Of a stretch of 64,000 bases of DNA, positions 61,377 to 64,000 are shown in pieces. Under the pieces are notes generated by a model, which made no database searches, had not been told where the DNA came from, and saw only the letters and a program-made list of their open reading frames with translations. The position numbers were made by a program, and so were the translations under genes. How positions within the stretch are numbered: position 1 is the first letter of the stretch; each line of letters starts with the position of its first letter. The DNA is from Malacoraja senta (taxonomy: Eukaryota), in contig CM075994.1 in assembly GCA_038087875.1 (NCBI GenBank), forward strand, positions 2,420,001 through 2,484,000. The letters are read 5' to 3'.

Positions 61377-63019
61377 TCTGCTCTGGGTTCAGAGCCGCTG
61401 ACAATTGAACCCCTGAGTTACAAGACTAGGCAGGTTTCCAAAGGCCTGAACTGAGAAAGGTTGTCGAGGAGATGGAGGAAGACCATGTATTGGCTTTCTG
61501 CTGTGGATCACCATCAACAGATTGGCATTAACGTTATCAAACTCTGCTCCAGGGTACCCCGATTCTAAGCATTTTGTGACACTTTCTAGCTGTCAGTTTA
61601 TAAACTTAAAGTCTCCTCTTCTTATCAGCTTGAGGCATTAAAAGTCTTCTCTGAAAGGCAAATAGGTAGAGGAAAGAATATTGGAATTAGAACATAGAAC
61701 ACAGAACAGTATAGCACAAGGATAGGCCCTTCAGCCTATAATGTTTGTGCCGAACATCATGTTGATGGGGCCGAGGACGCGGCACGAGGGGCGGTTTGGG
61801 ACGGGAAACGGAGAGGCGGTTCGGCCGCTCCGCCGAGACGCCCCCGCGGGAAGTGGGCAGGCGCGGTGCCAAGAACAAGGGGGACCTGGTGGGTGTGGGG
61901 GGGCGGGGGGAGGCTGCCCCAGGAACAAGAGGGACCACGCGGTGGGGGTGGCGGGGGGAGGCTGCCGAGAACAAAGTGGGACCCGTGGGGGGTGGGGTAG
62001 TGGGACGAACGCAGAGAACGAAGAGAGACGAGATGACTCCAATGTGTACTTTTGTAACTTTGTCGGCATCAGAAACGTGGTGACTCTTTTGTGTACTTTG
62101 TATGCAAAAGCAAAGAATTGCACCGTACCTGGGTGCATGTGACAGTGAAGTATAATTGAATCATTGGACTCTTATCTGACTGCACATAATCCATATCTCT
62201 CTGTTATCTGCATATCTCTATGCCTGCCCAAACTCTCTTAAATGTCATCTGCAATAGTGGGCTTCAGGCACTCATCACTCTCTGTGTAAAAATCTTGCAC
62301 GGCACATCTCCTATAAACTTTGTCCCTCTTACCTTAAAGCCATGCCCTCTAGTATTTTATTTTTCCATCCTAGGAAAAAGGGTTCTGACTACCAATGCCT
62401 CTCACTTCCATCTGCTCTCCCCTCACCTTTCCACATTCTGGAGAAAACAATCCAATTCTGCCCAACCACTCCCTGTAGCCAATACCCCCTGATAGGCACA
62501 AAAAGCTGGAGAAATTCAGCGGGACAGGCAGCATCTCTGGGGAGAAGGAATGGGTGACATTTCGAGTCAAGACCCTTCTTCTCGACCTGAAACATCACCC
62601 ATTCCTTCTCTCCAGAGATGCTGCCAGTCCCGCTGAGTTACTCCAGTTTTTTGTGTCTATCTTCGGTTTAAACCAGCATCTGCAGTTCCTTCCTACACAG
62701 CTAATAGCCCCTAATACAGGCATCATTCTATCAGTCTGAAGAAGGGTCCCAGCCGAAAACATCGCCTATCCTTGTTCTCCAGAGATGCTACCTGACCCGC
62801 TGAGTTACTCCAGCACTTTGTTTCTGTTTGATCATTTTGGTAACCCTCCTCTGCACCCTTTCCAAGGAGTGTTTCCTGTGGTGCAGCCAGTGGAATCTGC
62901 AGTGGTGCAATGAGTGGGGAATGCAGTAGTGCAGCCAGTGGAGTGTAGAATCATGCAACCAGTGGAGTGTGCAGTGAAGCAGGGTGTGGTGTACAGTAGT
63001 GCAATCAGTGCTATGTGGA

Positions 63020-63590
63020 GCTCATGTTCTCGGAGCTGAATTAGACCATACGCCCATCATGTCTACTCCGCTATTCAAACATGGTTGATCTATCTTTCCC
63101 TTTCAACCCCATTCTCCTGCCTTCTCCCCATAACCCCTGACACCCGTACTAATCAAGAATATGTTAATCTCTGCCTTAAAAATATCCATTGACTTGGCCT
63201 CCACAGACGTCTGTGGCAATGAATTCCACAGATTCACCACCCTCTGACTAAATAATTCCTTCTCATCTACATTCTAAAGGTACTTCCTTTCATTCTGAGG
63301 CTATGGCCTATGGTCCTAGACTCTTCCACCAGTGGAAACATCCTCTCCACATCCAATCTATCCAGGCCTTGCACTAGTTGGTATGTTTCAATTAGGACCC
63401 CCTCATCCTTCTAAACTCCAGCGAGTACAGGCCCAGTGCCGTCAACAACTCATCATACTGTACGTTATGATGGGATCATTCTCGTAAACCTCCTCTGGAC
63501 CCTTTCCAACGGCAGCACATCCTTCCTCAGATATGGGGCCTAAACTGCTCACAGTACTCCATCTGTGGTCTGACCAGTGCCAAAAGGTAC
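63020..63590 (-). mobile_element. CR1 LINE 3' fragment
   Basis: Reverse complement of LVRP.MEYC.QF..P / [11 protein letters not shown] region and 3' UTR; splits a degenerate GTGCAG-rich tandem repeat. Confidence 0.8.
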
Positions 63591-64000
63591 AGCAGTACAT
63601 CCCTGTTTGGAGTGGTGCAGCTGGTGTGGTGTACAGCGAGTGTAGTGTGCAGTAAAGCAGTGGGTCTAGTCAGTGTACAGTAGTTCTACCAGTGTGGTAT
63701 AGAGTGGTGCAGATGATTTTGCTGCCGCCCTACAGTTCCAGCCACTCGGGTTCAATCCTGACCCTCTGTGTATACTCCATACAGGGCAGCACTGCTCTCC
63801 TGTGACTGCCTGGGTTTTCCCTAAATGTTCTGGATTCCTTGACATCCCATGTTTAGTTTAGGAAGGAACTGCAGATGCTGGTTTATACTGTAGACACAAA
63901 GTGCTGGAGTAACTCAGCAGGTCAGGCAGCATCTCTGGTGAAAAGGTGTGGGTTGCTTTTTGGGTCGGAATCCTTTTTCAGACTCACGTTTCGGGTCGGA

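Noticed and set aside
61765..62165. CpG-rich stretch as the SYTL3 promoter
   Set aside because: Sits inside a split CR1 tail and ends in a retroposon-type tail; the acceptor at 61650 implies the first exon lies further upstream

Overview
Vertebrate genomic DNA, most likely a skate/ray (inferred from HE1-type V-SINEs plus abundant CR1, Rex1/Babar, L2 and Penelope-like repeats). Two convergent genes are present. On the + strand is ezrin (EZR): 12 coding exons from 944 to the stop at 25110, with the ATG exon upstream of the window. On the - strand is synaptotagmin-like 3 (SYTL3): ATG at 61376, with SHD/zinc-finger, linker and C2A exons down to 31557. Most of the rest is nested transposon debris. 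Main observations: (1) roughly 20 or more minimal type-I hammerhead ribozyme motifs (CUGANGA-A-stemII-GAAAC-GUH) in Penelope terminal repeats, often in inverted pairs, one a 132-bp palindrome centred on the ribozyme ACGU palindrome; (2) SYTL3 has no recognisable C2B exons, but there is a duplicated 30-bp candidate terminal exon; (3) several 1-bp indels in otherwise conserved exons, including a compensated 25-codon frameshift in the FERM domain, probably assembly errors; (4) miR-96/miR-183 seed sites in the EZR 3' UTR; (5) multi-level nested insertions with readable TIRs and TSDs. Exon boundaries were read by eye. Repeat boundaries are approximate and repeats are sampled, not exhaustively listed.
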